Source of the DNA: Callorhinchus milii
Lineage: Eukaryota
Assembly: GCF_018977255.1 (NCBI RefSeq)
Contig: NW_024704743.1
Span: 110,114,001-110,178,000 of the forward strand
Direction of reading: 5' to 3'
DNA length: 64,000 bases
Positions 23,168-35,995 of the stretch are shown here, piece by piece; positions within the stretch are counted from its first letter, which is position 1; the number at the start of each line of letters is the position of its first letter. Below the pieces are notes generated by a model. That model ran no database searches and was not told the origin of the DNA. It worked only from the letters and a program-made list of their open reading frames with translations. Position numbers and translations under genes: made by a program.

Positions 23168-23982
23168 AATGTAATCCACTGTGCCAAGAGTTAAACACAA
23201 AGCGTCTGTGTGGAGATGGGTGTCTGATACACAGCTTGGCAGACAGATAATCCCTTCAGATAGCTTGCACAACAGTAAGTTCCCCTCCTTGCAACCCGAA
23301 AATCCCAGCTAGCCTTAGCCTTGTCGGACAGTTTAGCCTTCAATTTTTAAGATGGTGCAGAAAACTGGGGAAAATACTTAAATAAAAAAAATGAGAATCC
23401 TTATATTTTATATAGCGCCTTTCACATTGGAAGGTTGTCTCAAAGTACTTGACAATGCTGGCTGGGCACTCGGAAGCTGAAAGGCCCGAGGGTGTGAGCA
23501 GGGGAAGCGTGGTCTAAATATAAAAAGTGTGTGGAGGGCTGGGGGAGCTGGGTGAGGAGGGAAAGAACCGAAATTTGGGATTAAGAGTAGTTTTACAGAC
23601 CCTCCGCTTTGCTGATTTAGCCCTCAACATGCAACCATCAGTGGCCAAGCCTTCAGTTTCTACACCTATCCTTTGTAACTCCCTACACCTCCACTTCGCC
23701 CACCCTTCCCCGCACACCACTATCTGTCTCTAAATCCCACCTTAAAACCTACCTCTTCGATCATGCTTGTGGTCACCCTCCCCCTTCTCCTTTGCTTGGG
23801 GTCTGACTCCACACTGATAAAGTGCTCCGAGATATTAGCCCACATGAACGGACTTATGTAAATGCAGGTCGTAGTTTGCTCCAGCATTATTTTTTGGCTG
23901 CGATCTCTGGGGGCAGGGGGAGAAGGGGTATCTGGACTTGGCTTTTACCCTAATGAGATATTTGCTCTTTATCTCTCTCTCT

Positions 23983-24052
23983 CTCACTTGATCCCTCTTC
24001 TCTCCCTCACTTGATCCATCTTCTCTCCCTCACTTGATCCCTCTTCTCTCCC
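23983..24052 (+). repeat. 3 x 23-bp tandem repeat (ctcacttgatccctcttctctcc) in the last 3' splice site
   Basis: CTCAC begins at 23983, 24006 and 24029. Confidence 0.9.
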
Positions 24053-24071
24053 TTGCTACCACACCACTCAG

Positions 24072-24263
24072 GAGAAGCAGACCCCAATCAAACGGCCTTG
24101 GGAGGGAATCCGAAAGATCCAGTCCCCTCCTGGGTGGGTTAAAAAGGAGCTGGACGGCACCCAGCAATCGCCTTTAGAAATGAAGACGGTGGAGTGGGAG
24201 AAAACGGGAGCCACCATCCCACTGGGTGGACAAGACAACACTGACCTTCAAACTGAGGTCTGA
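24072..24263 (+). CDS. ADGRB1: ADGRB1 terminal coding exon: [63 protein letters not shown]
   Basis: ccactcag acceptor, 64 codons including TGA at 24261-24263; ends in the class I PDZ-binding motif QTEV typical of BAI proteins. Confidence 0.95.
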   Translation, partial: EKQTPIKRPWEGIRKIQSPPGWVKKELDGTQQSPLEMKTVEWEKTGATIPLGGQDNTDLQTEV

Positions 24264-25060
24264 CCCAACGAGGGAAAGAGAGGGGAAGAAAGAGAGACTT
24301 TTTTAAAAAAAAACAGATTGGTTTCGTTTGAAACCTTATTACAGTACCTGATATCTTGTTCTCAGAGAGAGATTGTTTTAATCTTTGTAATGCAGCCAGT
24401 GTCCCGTCTTTCATCGAAGGGGGTGGGGAGGGGGGAAATGACGGTGCTCATGAAATGTCAGTTAACTGTAGTCCAGAAACTTATCAAAAGACAGTCATGG
24501 GCAAATCTATGTGTATATATATAAATATATAAAACAGGTGGGGTGGGGGGAAAGGAAATTCAGTTTTAGTGTTGATCGCTTGATATCCAAGCATTTTTTG
24601 CATCAAAATTTAATGGCATATCTTGTCATATATTGTGTATTATATTAAAAAAGACAAATTGAGATTTCAAACAGTAAATACAATGAACATACTTAAAATA
24701 AACTGTGACGTTACCTATCCAATTTTAGATATATAAATCAAAAGCACAAAACCTTGGCTGCCCTGCTGTATAATATGTAATTATTACACCTTATTGACTT
24801 TTAGCTAAATATCTTTTTACTGTGTTTAATCTCCTGTTAAGTTAACAGACTTTAACAGTATTCTGTACAATGACAAAGTAAAGCTAATGTTATGCTATGT
24901 CCTTTAATAATCATTGAAGTTCGGAGATTCTACTTTTATGGTCGGTTAAACTGGTTCTGGTTTTCCTATATCCGTGTTTGTCAGTTTTATGTACAGTTTT
25001 CAGAGCACAAAAATGATTGTCTCCTTTCTAATAAAAGTGTAAACTATAAATAACGTAGTT
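24264..25060 (+). other. ADGRB1: Probable ADGRB1 3' UTR
   Basis: AT-rich, transposon-free stretch after the stop codon; several TGTA motifs; Pumilio-type TGTATATA at 24512-24519; repeats resume at ~25065. The end point is inferred. Confidence 0.65.
25030..25035 (+). terminator. Candidate polyadenylation signal AATAAA (alternatives: AATAAA 24697-24702, ATTAAA 24644-24649)
   Basis: Canonical hexamer at the end of the repeat-free UTR, with an upstream TGTA element near 24990. Confidence 0.55.
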
Positions 25061-26540
25061 GTACAATAATAATGCTCACATTTGATGTAATAATCCTTAC
25101 ATTTGATACAGTAATAATCTTTACATGTGATATAGCAGTTTATCAAATCATCCAAATATCTATCTCATAAGTGCTTTGCAGGATTTCTTTTTACTGCATA
25201 GTGTCTTGTAGTCAAACACAGCAGGAAACAATGCCTCTCAGACACTCATCAAGTGATCAATTTTATCGGGGTTGTTGGCCACGACACTAGGACAAAGTCT
25301 CTTCTCTTTTAGGATACTGCCACGGGATCTTTAACGTTCACCTGAACATGCAAGCAGGATGTCAGCATAATGTCATATATGTAAGACGGCTCCTCCGACA
25401 ATCCCCAGCACTGCACTGAAGCGACATCCTAAGCTCCAACACAACATGGAGCTTGAACCCATAATCTTCTGACTCCGAGGCAGAAAGCTACAGATTGAGC
25501 CAGGCTGTGATGCATATAACGTTGTAATGCCTCACTTCACAGAGTTGCTGGCAAAAGTGTGGGCAAAAGTGTGGGCAAAGGTGGCAAACAATTTTAGTGA
25601 CTGTATGATTTTGACCTTTCATATCAAGAGGACATCTGAAAGTGCTTCACAGGATTTACTATAGAGTGTAATGACTATATTTGTAGGTAGACATAGCAGC
25701 CCATGTACATACAGCAATGTCCACCAACAGCAATGAAGTGAATGACTAATCTATGTGGAGGATTTGAGAGGAAATCCCCTTTTAGAATAGTGGTGTGGGA
25801 TCTTTGACATCATCTGAACAAGTAATCGGTTTAATATCTCATCTATAGGACAACACCTCCAGGAATTCAGCATTCTCTTCATTGCACTGGAACATCAGTC
25901 TGTGAGCTCAAAGTCCTGTGGTGGGGCTTGGACCTACAATCTTCCAACCAAGAGGCAAGAGTGATACAAACTGAACCAGGCTAATCGTATATTGTCAAAG
26001 TTCGAACCATTAAGTAATCAAATTTTTGTTTTATTCTTGGTTCCATGCTCTCAGGCAATTTGTGTCATCTTCTAAGATGTACAATTTGTACTGCCTCAAC
26101 ATTTCTTTGGGGAATTGTGAATGTTGTTTTGAATTTTTTTTGTCAGCATATTGCGTGACAAATATGACACTTATCCTCCCAAATGAGCTGGTTTGCTTTG
26201 CGCAAGGTGCTTCACCGCTGTAAAAAATGTCTCCTCATATGACACAGTTTGATATTGACGAGGATTCAGCGAATTTCATAGAATCGTAGAAATTTACAAC
26301 GCAGAAGGAACAACCCTTCGAGTCAACACCAACTCTCAGCAAGCTATCCATTCAGTCCCATTTCCCTGCCATGTCCCCAAACCCCTTAAAGCCTTAAATT
26401 TTGAGACGAAAATCATTGCACGAGCTAAGGCCACATGGAATTTCAGGCTTTAGATGAGAAAACAGAATTCCAATGAGCACTTCCCACACCTTTTGCAAAT
26501 ATCTCAAATTAGGGCCCAATGTCATTATTTTACCCCTTAC

Positions 26541-26851
26541 AGGAGTCCTGTAGATCAGTGGTTAGAGCACTCACCTTGCAAGCAAGATACCTGGGTTCAA
26601 TTCCAAATAGGGTGAAACCTTGGGTAAGTTTCCTTACTCCACACGCCTAATAATAATCCCTCCAAAACAAAAAAAATAATAAATTGGTCATTTTCAATCC
26701 ACGACTGTTTGTGGGACACTGCTGTGTGCAATTGCTGCCACATTTCTCCCACAAATATACAGTCAATTTACTTTACAGTCTATTCTGTGAAGCGCTTTGA
26801 GACGTTGCGAAGACGTGAAAAGCGCTGTATCAAATGCAAGGATTATTATTT
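26541..26851 (+). mobile_element. tRNA-Ala-derived SINE (young short form)
   Basis: Full-length copy. Confidence 0.9.
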
Positions 26852-27739
26852 TCAACGGTTAGTTTGCCGATACCAGCACTTAACAAAAAGAAAACTTGCT
26901 TTTGATAAACACTCCCATCAAAAGGTTTCAAGGCATTTCACACGATGAGGTACTTTGAAGTTCAGTGATAGTTCACAAGATCTCTTTCAGATCACGCACC
27001 TACCTTACTTCCATCCTCCCATACTCCCATTACTATATAATATACAGTCAATTCACTTTACAGTCTAATCTGTGAAGCACTTTGAGACGTCTGGAAGACA
27101 TGAAAAGCGCTATATCAAATGCAAGGATTATTATTATTACAGCACTGAGTTGTTTCTTAAATGAGTCCCAGTGTCCTGGAATAAGAACATAACAACAACT
27201 TGTATTTATATAGTGCCCTTCACGTGGGGTAGCGTCCTAGAACGCGTGAGACTTGAGAACATAAGAATTTGCTTGGTGAAAGAAGACCAAGGTCCATCAG
27301 TTCACCATCCTGGCAGTTGCATGACATGTGTCCCAAACTTTTTATTGCCTCCCAAGATATTATTTCCTCACAGAAATCTAATCTGTTCTTGAAAGATTCA
27401 ACACTTTCTATTTCCACCATCTCCCTGGGAGCCTGTTCCATACATTCACAATACACTCACTTGCTCACTGTAATAATAAGCACTTGAGAGATAAAAAGTA
27501 TTTCAAGGGATATGGGGAAAGAGCTGAAACATTGGATTAATTAAATAAAGGGCAATTTAGAATAAACAGGCAGCAACCACGATGAGCCAAATGGCCTCCT
27601 CCTGTGCTGAAAATGTCAATGTTAATTTCAGCCCTCACCAAAAAAGAAGTGTTTAAAGCCAGTTACCAATGTAACATTTTTCATTTCCCTTGCTCTTTCC
27701 TTCAGGTCATTTTGAACATAGTTGTCTATATAGTTGTCG

Positions 27740-28063
27740 TGGAGTCCTGTAGCTCAGTGGTTGAGCACTCGCTTTGCAAGCGAGAGACCTGAGTTCAATT
27801 CCAGGCAGGGCGAAACCTTGGGCAAGTTTCCTTACTCCGCACAGAGCCTAATAATAATCCCTCCAAAACAAAAAACAATAATAAATTGGTCATTTTCAAC
27901 CCATGACTGTTTGTGGGACATTGCTGTGCGCAATTGGCTGCCGCGTTCGCCCACAAATATACAGTCAATTCACTTTACAGTGTGTTCTGTGAAGCACTTT
28001 GGGACGTCCTCCTGACGTGAAAAGCGCTATATCAAATGCAAGGATTATTATTATTATTATATT
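27740..28063 (+). mobile_element. tRNA-Ala-derived SINE (young short form)
   Basis: Full-length copy with a long (ATT)n tail. Confidence 0.92.
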
Positions 28064-29729
28064 AGTGCTACCACGGATACTCTCACCAGCCAAGCGACTG
28101 GTTTGTTCTTCCTAAGTAGCTGACGAGAGAGATTTCATTGGTTGTTTCCAGACAGAATTCAGTGCCCCAAAGCACAGTATTTTTTGAATTAAGATGGAGC
28201 TCAGTTCAAACCCACAGTCCAGCTACCTCCATGTTGATTATATTGGTCTGAACAGGATGCAAACTGGCTTTATCCCACTCTCTGGAACTCTCTTAAATCT
28301 CTTCTTAAATCTCTCTCTCTGCTTTCAAAACCTCTCAATAAAAGTTTCCTGCGTGTTGACTCCCCACTCCCACTCCATGACCTATGGCTGTTCGTGGGAC
28401 ATTGCTGTGTGCAAATTGGCTGCCATTGTTCACTCCCAAAATATACTGTCACTCCACTTTACAGTAAGTCCTGTGAAGCGCTTTGAAATGTCCAACCAAC
28501 ATGAAAATGGTGCAATACTAAATTTAAGAATTATTATTGTAACGTCCACCTGAACAGACAGATTCAGAATAACATTTCAGCCAAAGGACAGCATCTCCCA
28601 ATAACGCATTCCTCCCCCCAATACCTCAGCCGAGTATCAGCCTAGACCAAATTAGTTCAAAGTCCCAATGTGGAGCTTGAAGTACAACCTTCTGACTCAG
28701 AGGTAGGATAGAGTGCTACTGACCGAACCAGGCTGACACACAGCTAAGACAATTCAGGTTTTTCCAGTTTCTTAAAATTCATTTGCTTTACTGCCTCCGT
28801 CGTCTCCATTGCCGCTGATCTTCCTTGTTTCTTTGTGTTGTTCTCCTGCCCACACAGAACGCAGACGGTATCTTTCGCAGACAGTATGCTCGGTGTTGAG
28901 AGAACATGTTAGCACCTATTCTCGCATTGCATCAGACCTGGCAGCTGATGCAATGAGTCAGCCAGCTGAGGTGGGAGAGGGAGCGAGCTGCATATTTAAC
29001 GCCTCCCATTGGAGATCTTCACTGTCTCCACCAGAACACATCCCATCTGAACACACTGTGTGGTCCAGACATCTCCCAGGGTCAAGCCAAATCCCCACAT
29101 GATAAGCATCTCTTTCTCTTTCCTCGAGCTGTGAACAATGCTAAAGAACAGAGAGCCTCATTAGTATGTGGACTGACTCCCAGCACGCATGAATTACCTG
29201 TCAAGATTTTCCCTTTGTGTAAAGATCCTTGCGTGGGAATCGGGTGATGGGGAGGGCAGCCGTCACTGTATGGGGGTGGTTCCTGGGCAGACTTGATAAT
29301 TTTCAAGAGTCTTGCACAGCTCACTAGGAATAACGCTAGCAAAGTAATCCTCTCTGTTAAGGTGGCGACTTTCACAACGGCCACTCCATACATTGGAGTT
29401 GTGCATCCAGCTATTAGGTTGCTGGTTAGCTGGAACCTGTAGGTAGTTTTAGTTTGCTAGTTTATTTTGCTAGATCTGGTTAGCTATTGTGGTTGGGTAG
29501 TTTCAGTCACTAGTCTTGGTTGCTTAATTTATTTTGCTAACTCTGGTGATCTAGTTTATTTTGTTAACTGGTTGACCCTCCTCTTCGACTGTGTTTTTGA
29601 TCTCCCTGCTTCCCCCACTGCCCTCCTCCACCCCAACCCTCAGCTCGAGTCCGTAACTCTGCTTGTCCAGAGCCTTGGGACGTCCTCCCGACGTGAAAGG
29701 CGCTATATAAATGTAATTTTGTTGCTGTT

Positions 29730-30365
29730 AATAATAATAATAATCCTTGCATTTGATATAGTGCTTTTCACCTCTTCTAGACATCTCAAAGCGCTTCACA
29801 GAATGTGCTGTAAAGTGAATTGACTGTATATTTGTGGGCGAACGCGGCAGCTAATTGCACACAGCAGTGTCCCACAAACAGTCGTGGATTGAAAATGACC
29901 AATTAATTATTGTTTTGTCTTTTGGAGGGATTATTATTAGGTGTGTGGAGTTGGGCAAGTGGAGTCCTGTAGCTCAGTGGTTAGAGCACTCGCTTTGCAA
30001 GCGAGAGACCTGAGTTCAATTCCAGGCAGGTCAGGGCGAAAACTTGGGCAAGTTTCCTTACTCCACACAGAGCCTAATAATAATCCCTCCAAAACAAAAA
30101 ACAATAATAAATTGGTCATTTTCAATCTACGACTGTTTGTGGGACATTGCTGTGCGCAATTGGCTGCCGCGTTCGCCCACAAACATACAGTCAATTCACT
30201 TTACAGTGTGTTCTGTGAAGCTCTTTGGGATGTCCTCCCGACGTGAGAAGCGCTATATCAAATGCAAGGATTATTATTATTATTAAGGTTTCACCCTGCC
30301 TGGAATTGAACCCAGGTGTCTCACTTGCAAGGCGAGTGCTCTAACCACTGAGCTACAGGACTCCA
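29730..30365. mobile_element. Nested SINEs: minus-strand host (29730-29951 and 30285-30365) split by a plus-strand copy (29960-30284)
   Basis: The host sequence stops at gtgtggagt and resumes at aaggtttcaccctg after the (ATT)n tail of the inserted copy. Confidence 0.9.
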
Positions 30366-31831
30366 CTCATGTGTTGTTATTGGCTAGCTCAGTCACTTGT
30401 TTTGGTTTGCTAATTTCTTTTCCCAGTTTCTTTGCTAGCTTCAATTATTTAGTTTATTTTGCTAGTTTACGTTAGGTAGTGTTGGTTAGATAACTTATTT
30501 TACTAGTTCAAGAAATCTAGCTTCTGTTGTTAGTTTCTTTCATTAATTCTGGTGGCTGGTTCCATTCCTTTAACTGCTCTAACTAGATTCTGTAGATAAA
30601 TGGGCTGGTTTCATCCTTTTGGATTAAGTTAACTAAGCATAAAATAGTGTTCCACTAATCACTAAGATCATGATCTTTGAGGTGGAAGTTAAATGCATGA
30701 CACAACCAGCTCCTGTGAGCACCCATTGTGAATAATGTTATTAGCCGGGGGGAAGGGGGATTCTTTTTCAATACACCTGAAGAACTGGTCAATGATTAAC
30801 ACAATGATCAGGTGCTTTTATTATAATTAATAAATATTCCTTGAATTTGATGCAGCTGCTTATTATGTCATCAAAGCATTTTACAGGATTTTACTGTAGA
30901 TGGCGGTGACTGTGTATATGTAGGCAAATACAGCAGCCAATTTGCAAACAGTCAATGTCCCACAAACAACCATGAAATTAATGAACAATTTAACTAAGGG
31001 ATTGTTGGCCAGGACACTAGGAAAAACTCCTGTATCTTTCAAATCGTGACATGGGATCTTTAACGTCCAGCTGAACAGGCAAACAGGACCTCAGTTTAAA
31101 ATCTCATCTGAAGGACCGCACCTCCAACAATGCATTGCTCCCCCAGTCCTGGACTGGAGTGAGTTCCAAGTCCCGAGATCATTTTCAGATGCCCCCTTGG
31201 CAAATTCTAACTCATCCATATGTGTTACCTCATCTTACTTCCTTTTATTTATCTCTATTAAGTGGTTCAGTGGAATGAGTTGATCTCAAGATTTTGAATG
31301 ATCTGTTTGGCCTTGTTCACATCAAGGGATTGGAAAGCTCCTCAGATCTGATGGCTGCACTGGAATAATTCTCCGGAGAATTTTGGGAGGAGGCAGCAGA
31401 GCCTCCCACCATTTCTCAGGATTTCCTTGGTAAACTGATGATGCTGCCAGGTTCGGGAGCAGGTTATCCATTACCCGCAGAGGCAGGCAGCCGTGTTACT
31501 GTGAATAACGTCAGCAAAATCACCAGCAGCGACTGAGTGTCCCTACAGAGAGGAGATTTATGGTTGCTGTCAAATTTACTGTCACAGGCAAAGAAGTGAG
31601 AGCTACCGAAGGCTTCTCAAATCAAGGTCCATTAATTGGGCAAAGCTTTCTCTCTCTCTTAATTTTATAATAATAATCCTTGCATTTGTATTTGACACAG
31701 CTCCTTATCACATAGTTGAGATGTCTCAAAGTGCTTCACAGAATATATTATGAAGTGGATTGACTGTATTTTGTGGGCGAAAAGAAATAAAGGATAAATC
31801 TTTTATATAGAAATATAATTTATAAATACAA

Positions 31832-32773
31832 TACAAAATGACATTTGTATAGAGCCTTTCACATCGGGAGGATGACCCAAGGTGCTGGACAGTCAAGGAT
31901 TTGGCCCCGAGCAAGAGGGTGGCCAGGTCACACAGGTAGGAAGGAGCAAGGCCATGGAGGGCCTTAAAGGCGAGGACGAGGATTTTGAACTCTATCCTCT
32001 GGACAGCCAGTGGAGTTAGGCGAGCATGGGGGTGATAGGGTCATGGAGCCTGGTGTGGGAGAAGTCACGAGCTGCAGAGTTCTGGATGATCTATGCCTAT
32101 GGAGGGAAGACTTGGAAACACCAACAAGCAGGGAGTTGGCGTAGTCGAGCCTAGATGTGTTGAACGCTTGAATAAGGGTTTCTGCGGCCTGAAGGAAGCG
32201 GCATTGGAGGAACCGGGCGATGTTGCGGAGTGGAGAAGGCATTGCAGGTCCCGGCACAGATGTAGGGGAGGAAGGACAGTTGAGAGTCAAACAAGATGCC
32301 ATGGTTCCGGACTAGTTCAGTGAGGTGTAGTGTGCATCCTTGGATGGTGATGCTGTCAGTGACTGAGGTGTGGAGACGTTGATGGGAGCCAATCAGTCTT
32401 GTTGACATTCAACTGTAGAAAGTTGGTTCTCATCCAGGACTTGATGTCTGACAGGCAGTCTGTCAGGACAGCAGTGGTCCAGGAGTTGAGGGTGGAGGCA
32501 GAGAGGTAGAGTTGTGTGTCATCTGCATACATGTGGACGTTGACCCCATGCCTATGGATGATGTCACCAAGAGGGAGCATGTACAAGTTGAAGAGGAGAG
32601 GACAACAACAACAAAATTACATTTTGTATAGTGCCTTTCACGTCGGCAGTACCAAGGACAAAGGCCTGAGGAACGCCGCGAGAGACTATGCAGGGACTGG
32701 AGGAGAAGCCGTTTGTGGAGCCAAAGTAGAGATGGTCTGAGAAATACAATCTGATCCACTCAAGGACAGAACC
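31832..32773 (-). mobile_element. L2 LINE fragment including RT motif YADDTQLY; contains a nested ~47-bp L2 tail at ~32602-32648
   Basis: [35 protein letters not shown]. Confidence 0.9.
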
Positions 32774-32805
32774 ATCAACCATCAGATCCACTCAAGGACA
32801 GAACC

Positions 32806-33473
32806 TCCGCAACATTGCCAGACTCCGCCACTGCCTCACCCCTCAGGCTGCCGAAACCCTCACCCACGCATTCGTCACATCAAGGCTCGATTACAGAAAC
32901 TCCCTCCTCATCGGCCTTCCCAACTCTTCCCTTCACAGGCTGCAGATCATCCAAAACTCTGCAGCTCATGCATGTACTTTCGTGCACCAGGCTCCGTGAC
33001 CCCATCACTCCCACCATCGCCTGACTCCACTGGCTCCCCACATCCCCAGAGGATTGAGTTCAAGATCCTGGTCCTCACTTTCAAGACCATCCATGGCCTT
33101 TCCCCCTCCTACCTCTCCGATCTGCTGACTCCCTACCAACCTGCCCGCTCCCTCCATTCAACGGGCTCTGATCTGCTCCATGTCTTCCACCCTACCATCG
33201 GTGGCCGGGCTTTCAGCCTCTCTGCCCCCACACTCTGAAACTCCATCCCACTGTCCCTTCGCCTTGCTTCCTCCCTTGCCTCCTTCAAGGCTGGTCTCAA
33301 GACCCTTCTCTTCGATCATGCCTTTGGTCGCTCTCCCACCTCTCTGCCTTCCCTCACCCCTACACCACCTCTCCCCCATGCTCGGGTCCCGACACCTGAC
33401 TGTTCAGGGCTTTGGGATGTCCTCCCAACGTGAAAGGCGCTCAATAAATATAATTTTGTTGCTGTTGTTGTTG
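32806..33473 (+). mobile_element. L2 LINE fragment, head-to-head with the preceding copy
   Basis: RIEFKILVLTFKTIHGLSPSYLSDLL; (TTG)n tail. Confidence 0.9.
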
Positions 33474-34118
33474 AAATTTGAGCAGAAGGGACTTTCTCTT
33501 AGTATCCTGGCCATCAAGCTTCAAAATTAAAATTGGTCCCTCACTTCCTAGCTGGCTCCTGGGCCAAACATTTTGGCTGCCGCGTTCGCCCACAAATATA
33601 CAGTCAATTCACTTTACAGTGTGTTCTGTAAAGCGCTTTGGGACGTCCTCCCGACGTGAAAAGCGCTATATCAAATGCAAGGATTATTATTATTATTATT
33701 ATTAAAATCTCTTAGCACTTGAAATGGTACTTATAATGCCCAAATGTCTCAAACAGCTTTATAGTGACGTTATATTTAGGCGAATGCAGCAGCCAGTTGG
33801 TGCATAGCAATATCCCATACACAGCCATGAAGTGAATGATCAATTTTATCTCAGGGAATTGGTGGCCAGAACACCAGGGAGGAACTCCTTTCTCTTTTCT
33901 TGATGGGATCACATTAAAGTTCCCATAGTGTTATGGGATCTTTAATGTCCACCTGAACAGGCAGACCGAACCTTTCAAAAGATGGCACCTCTCACAATAC
34001 AGCGCTGAGCTCCCAGCACTGTATTGGGGTTTCAACCAAGATTGTGAATTGAAAGTCCCAGCATGGGGCTTGAAACCACAACCTTCTGACTCGGAGAGGA
34101 GAATGCTGCCAACTGAGA

Positions 34119-35690
34119 AACAACAACAAAATTATATTTGTATAGCGCCTTTCACGTCAGGAGGATGGCCCAAGGTGCTGGATAATCAGAGTTTTAGACC
34201 CGAGTTGGGGGTCAGGATCGGGGAGGGTGGAGGGCAGGGGGGGGAAGGAGGGTGATCAAAGGCATGGTTTAAGAGGAGGGTCTTGAAGGAGGCAAGGTAG
34301 GGGTTGAGGCAGAGGGACTGTGGGATGGAGTTCCAGAGGGTGGGGGGAGAATGGCTGAAGGCCCCCCAGCCAATGATGGGACGAGTGAGGCGGGGGACCT
34401 GAAGTAGGCCGGAGCCCATTGAGTGGAGGGAGCGGGCAAGTTGGTAGGGAGTTAGGAGGTCACAGAGTTAGGGGGGAGCAAGGCCATGGAGGGCTTTGAA
34501 GATGAGGACCAAGATCTTGAACTGTATCCTCTGTGTGATGGGAAGCTGGTGGAGTCGGGTGAGGATGGGGGTGATAGGGTCACAGAGCCTATTGCGGGAG
34601 AGGACACAGGCTGCAGAGTTCTGGATGATTTGCAGCCTGTGGAGGCAGAGTTGGGGAGGCTGACAAGCAGGGAGTTTGCATCGTCGAGCCTGGATGTTAT
34701 TAATGTGTGTATGAGGATCTCAGATGTCTGCGGTGTGAGACAGTGGCAGAGCCGGGCGATGTTATGGAAGTGGAGGAAGGCAGAGCGGGATGATGGATGT
34801 GGGGTAGAAAGGATAGTTGAGGGTCGAACAAGATGGCAAGGTTCCGGACTGGTTTAGTAATGTGGAGTGTGCATCCTTGGATGGTGATGCTGTCAGTGCC
34901 TGAGGTGTGGAGGTGTTGACAGGAGCCAATCACAAGGGCCTTGATCTTGTTGACATTCAATTGTACAATGTTAGTTCTCATCCAGGATTTGATGCCTGAT
35001 AGACATTCTGTATATCTGTCTCCAGTGGTCCTGGAGTCGAGATTGGAGGCAGAGAGAAAGAGTTAGGTGTCATCCACATACATGTGGAAGTTGACCCCAT
35101 GTCTGCGGATGATATCACCAAGAGAGAGCATATAGATATTGAAGAGGAGGGGACCAAGGACAGAGCCCTGAGGAACGTTGCACGAGATGGTGTGGGGGCT
35201 AGAGGAGAAACTGTTTGTGGAGACAAAGTAGAAACCGTGTGAGAGGTAGGATCTGAACAATTCAAGGACAAAACCTGAAGGTTGAGGTGAGAGGAAAGGC
35301 AATGGAGGAGGATAGAGTCATCAATGGTATCGAAGGCAGCAGGGAGGTCAAGGAGGACGAGAAGGCAGAGAGAGCCCTGGTCGCAGATGGATGAAATGTC
35401 ATTTGTCACTTTGACCAAAGCTCTTTCTGTGCGGTGGGCGGCATGGAAACCTGATTGGAGGGGTTCATGAAGGGAGTGATGGGAAAGGAAGCTGGGAAGC
35501 AATGAATCGTTCCAGGATGTTGGAAAGGAAAGGGAGGTTGGAGATGGGGGGTGTAATTTGAGAGCAGGGTTTGGTCTGGAAGGATTTTTTAAGGATAGGA
35601 GTGATAATGGACATTTTTAAAGGAGTGGGAACGGTGCCAGTAGACAGGGAGACATTTATGATGTCTGTAAATAGAGGGACAAGGAGGTGG
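34119..35690 (-). mobile_element. L2 LINE fragment, ~1.6 kb, reverse-transcriptase region
   Basis: [57 protein letters not shown]; frameshifted. Confidence 0.92.
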
Positions 35691-35693
35691 AGC

Positions 35694-35995
35694 TGTATAA
35701 GATTTTAAATGGGATTAAGAAAGTAAGCGTAGAACAATACTTTCAGATGTACTAAATAGCAGAAGAGGACATGCGTTTAGAGTTGCTAAGAGCAATTTCA
35801 GGATAGACACCAGGAAGTGTTTCTTTACCCAGAGTGTAATTAATAACTGGAATAGAATGATGGGAAGGTTGGTTGAGGCCAAGACAGGTAGGACTTGTTT
35901 AAAAAATAGCTTAATGCTGCGATGGGAAGGCAGTAGGGTAGGTTTCTGGAGATCAAATAAATGAAAGCCTTCTTCATCCAAACCTTTTGTGATCC
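35694..35995 (+). mobile_element. CR1-type 3' fragment; related decayed fragments at ~8030-8330(-), 27263-27445(-), 36590-36880(+), 39300-39620(+), 45300-45590(+), 57230-57610(-)
   Basis: agaggacatgcgtttagagttg...caggaagtgtttctttacccagagtgtaattaa...tggaa pattern (RGH.F...RK.FFTQ.V...WN). Confidence 0.7.

Noticed and set aside
1021..24263. Assignment to ADGRB2 or ADGRB3 because of the ICL3 insert
   Set aside because: Diagnostic segments ([80 protein letters not shown]) match BAI1 as I recall it.
25065..25140. Triplicated taataatcctt.catttgat and the nearby 12-bp gcaaaagtgtgg repeat (~25551-25588) as functional arrays
   Set aside because: Simple slippage duplications of a SINE tail and a short unit.
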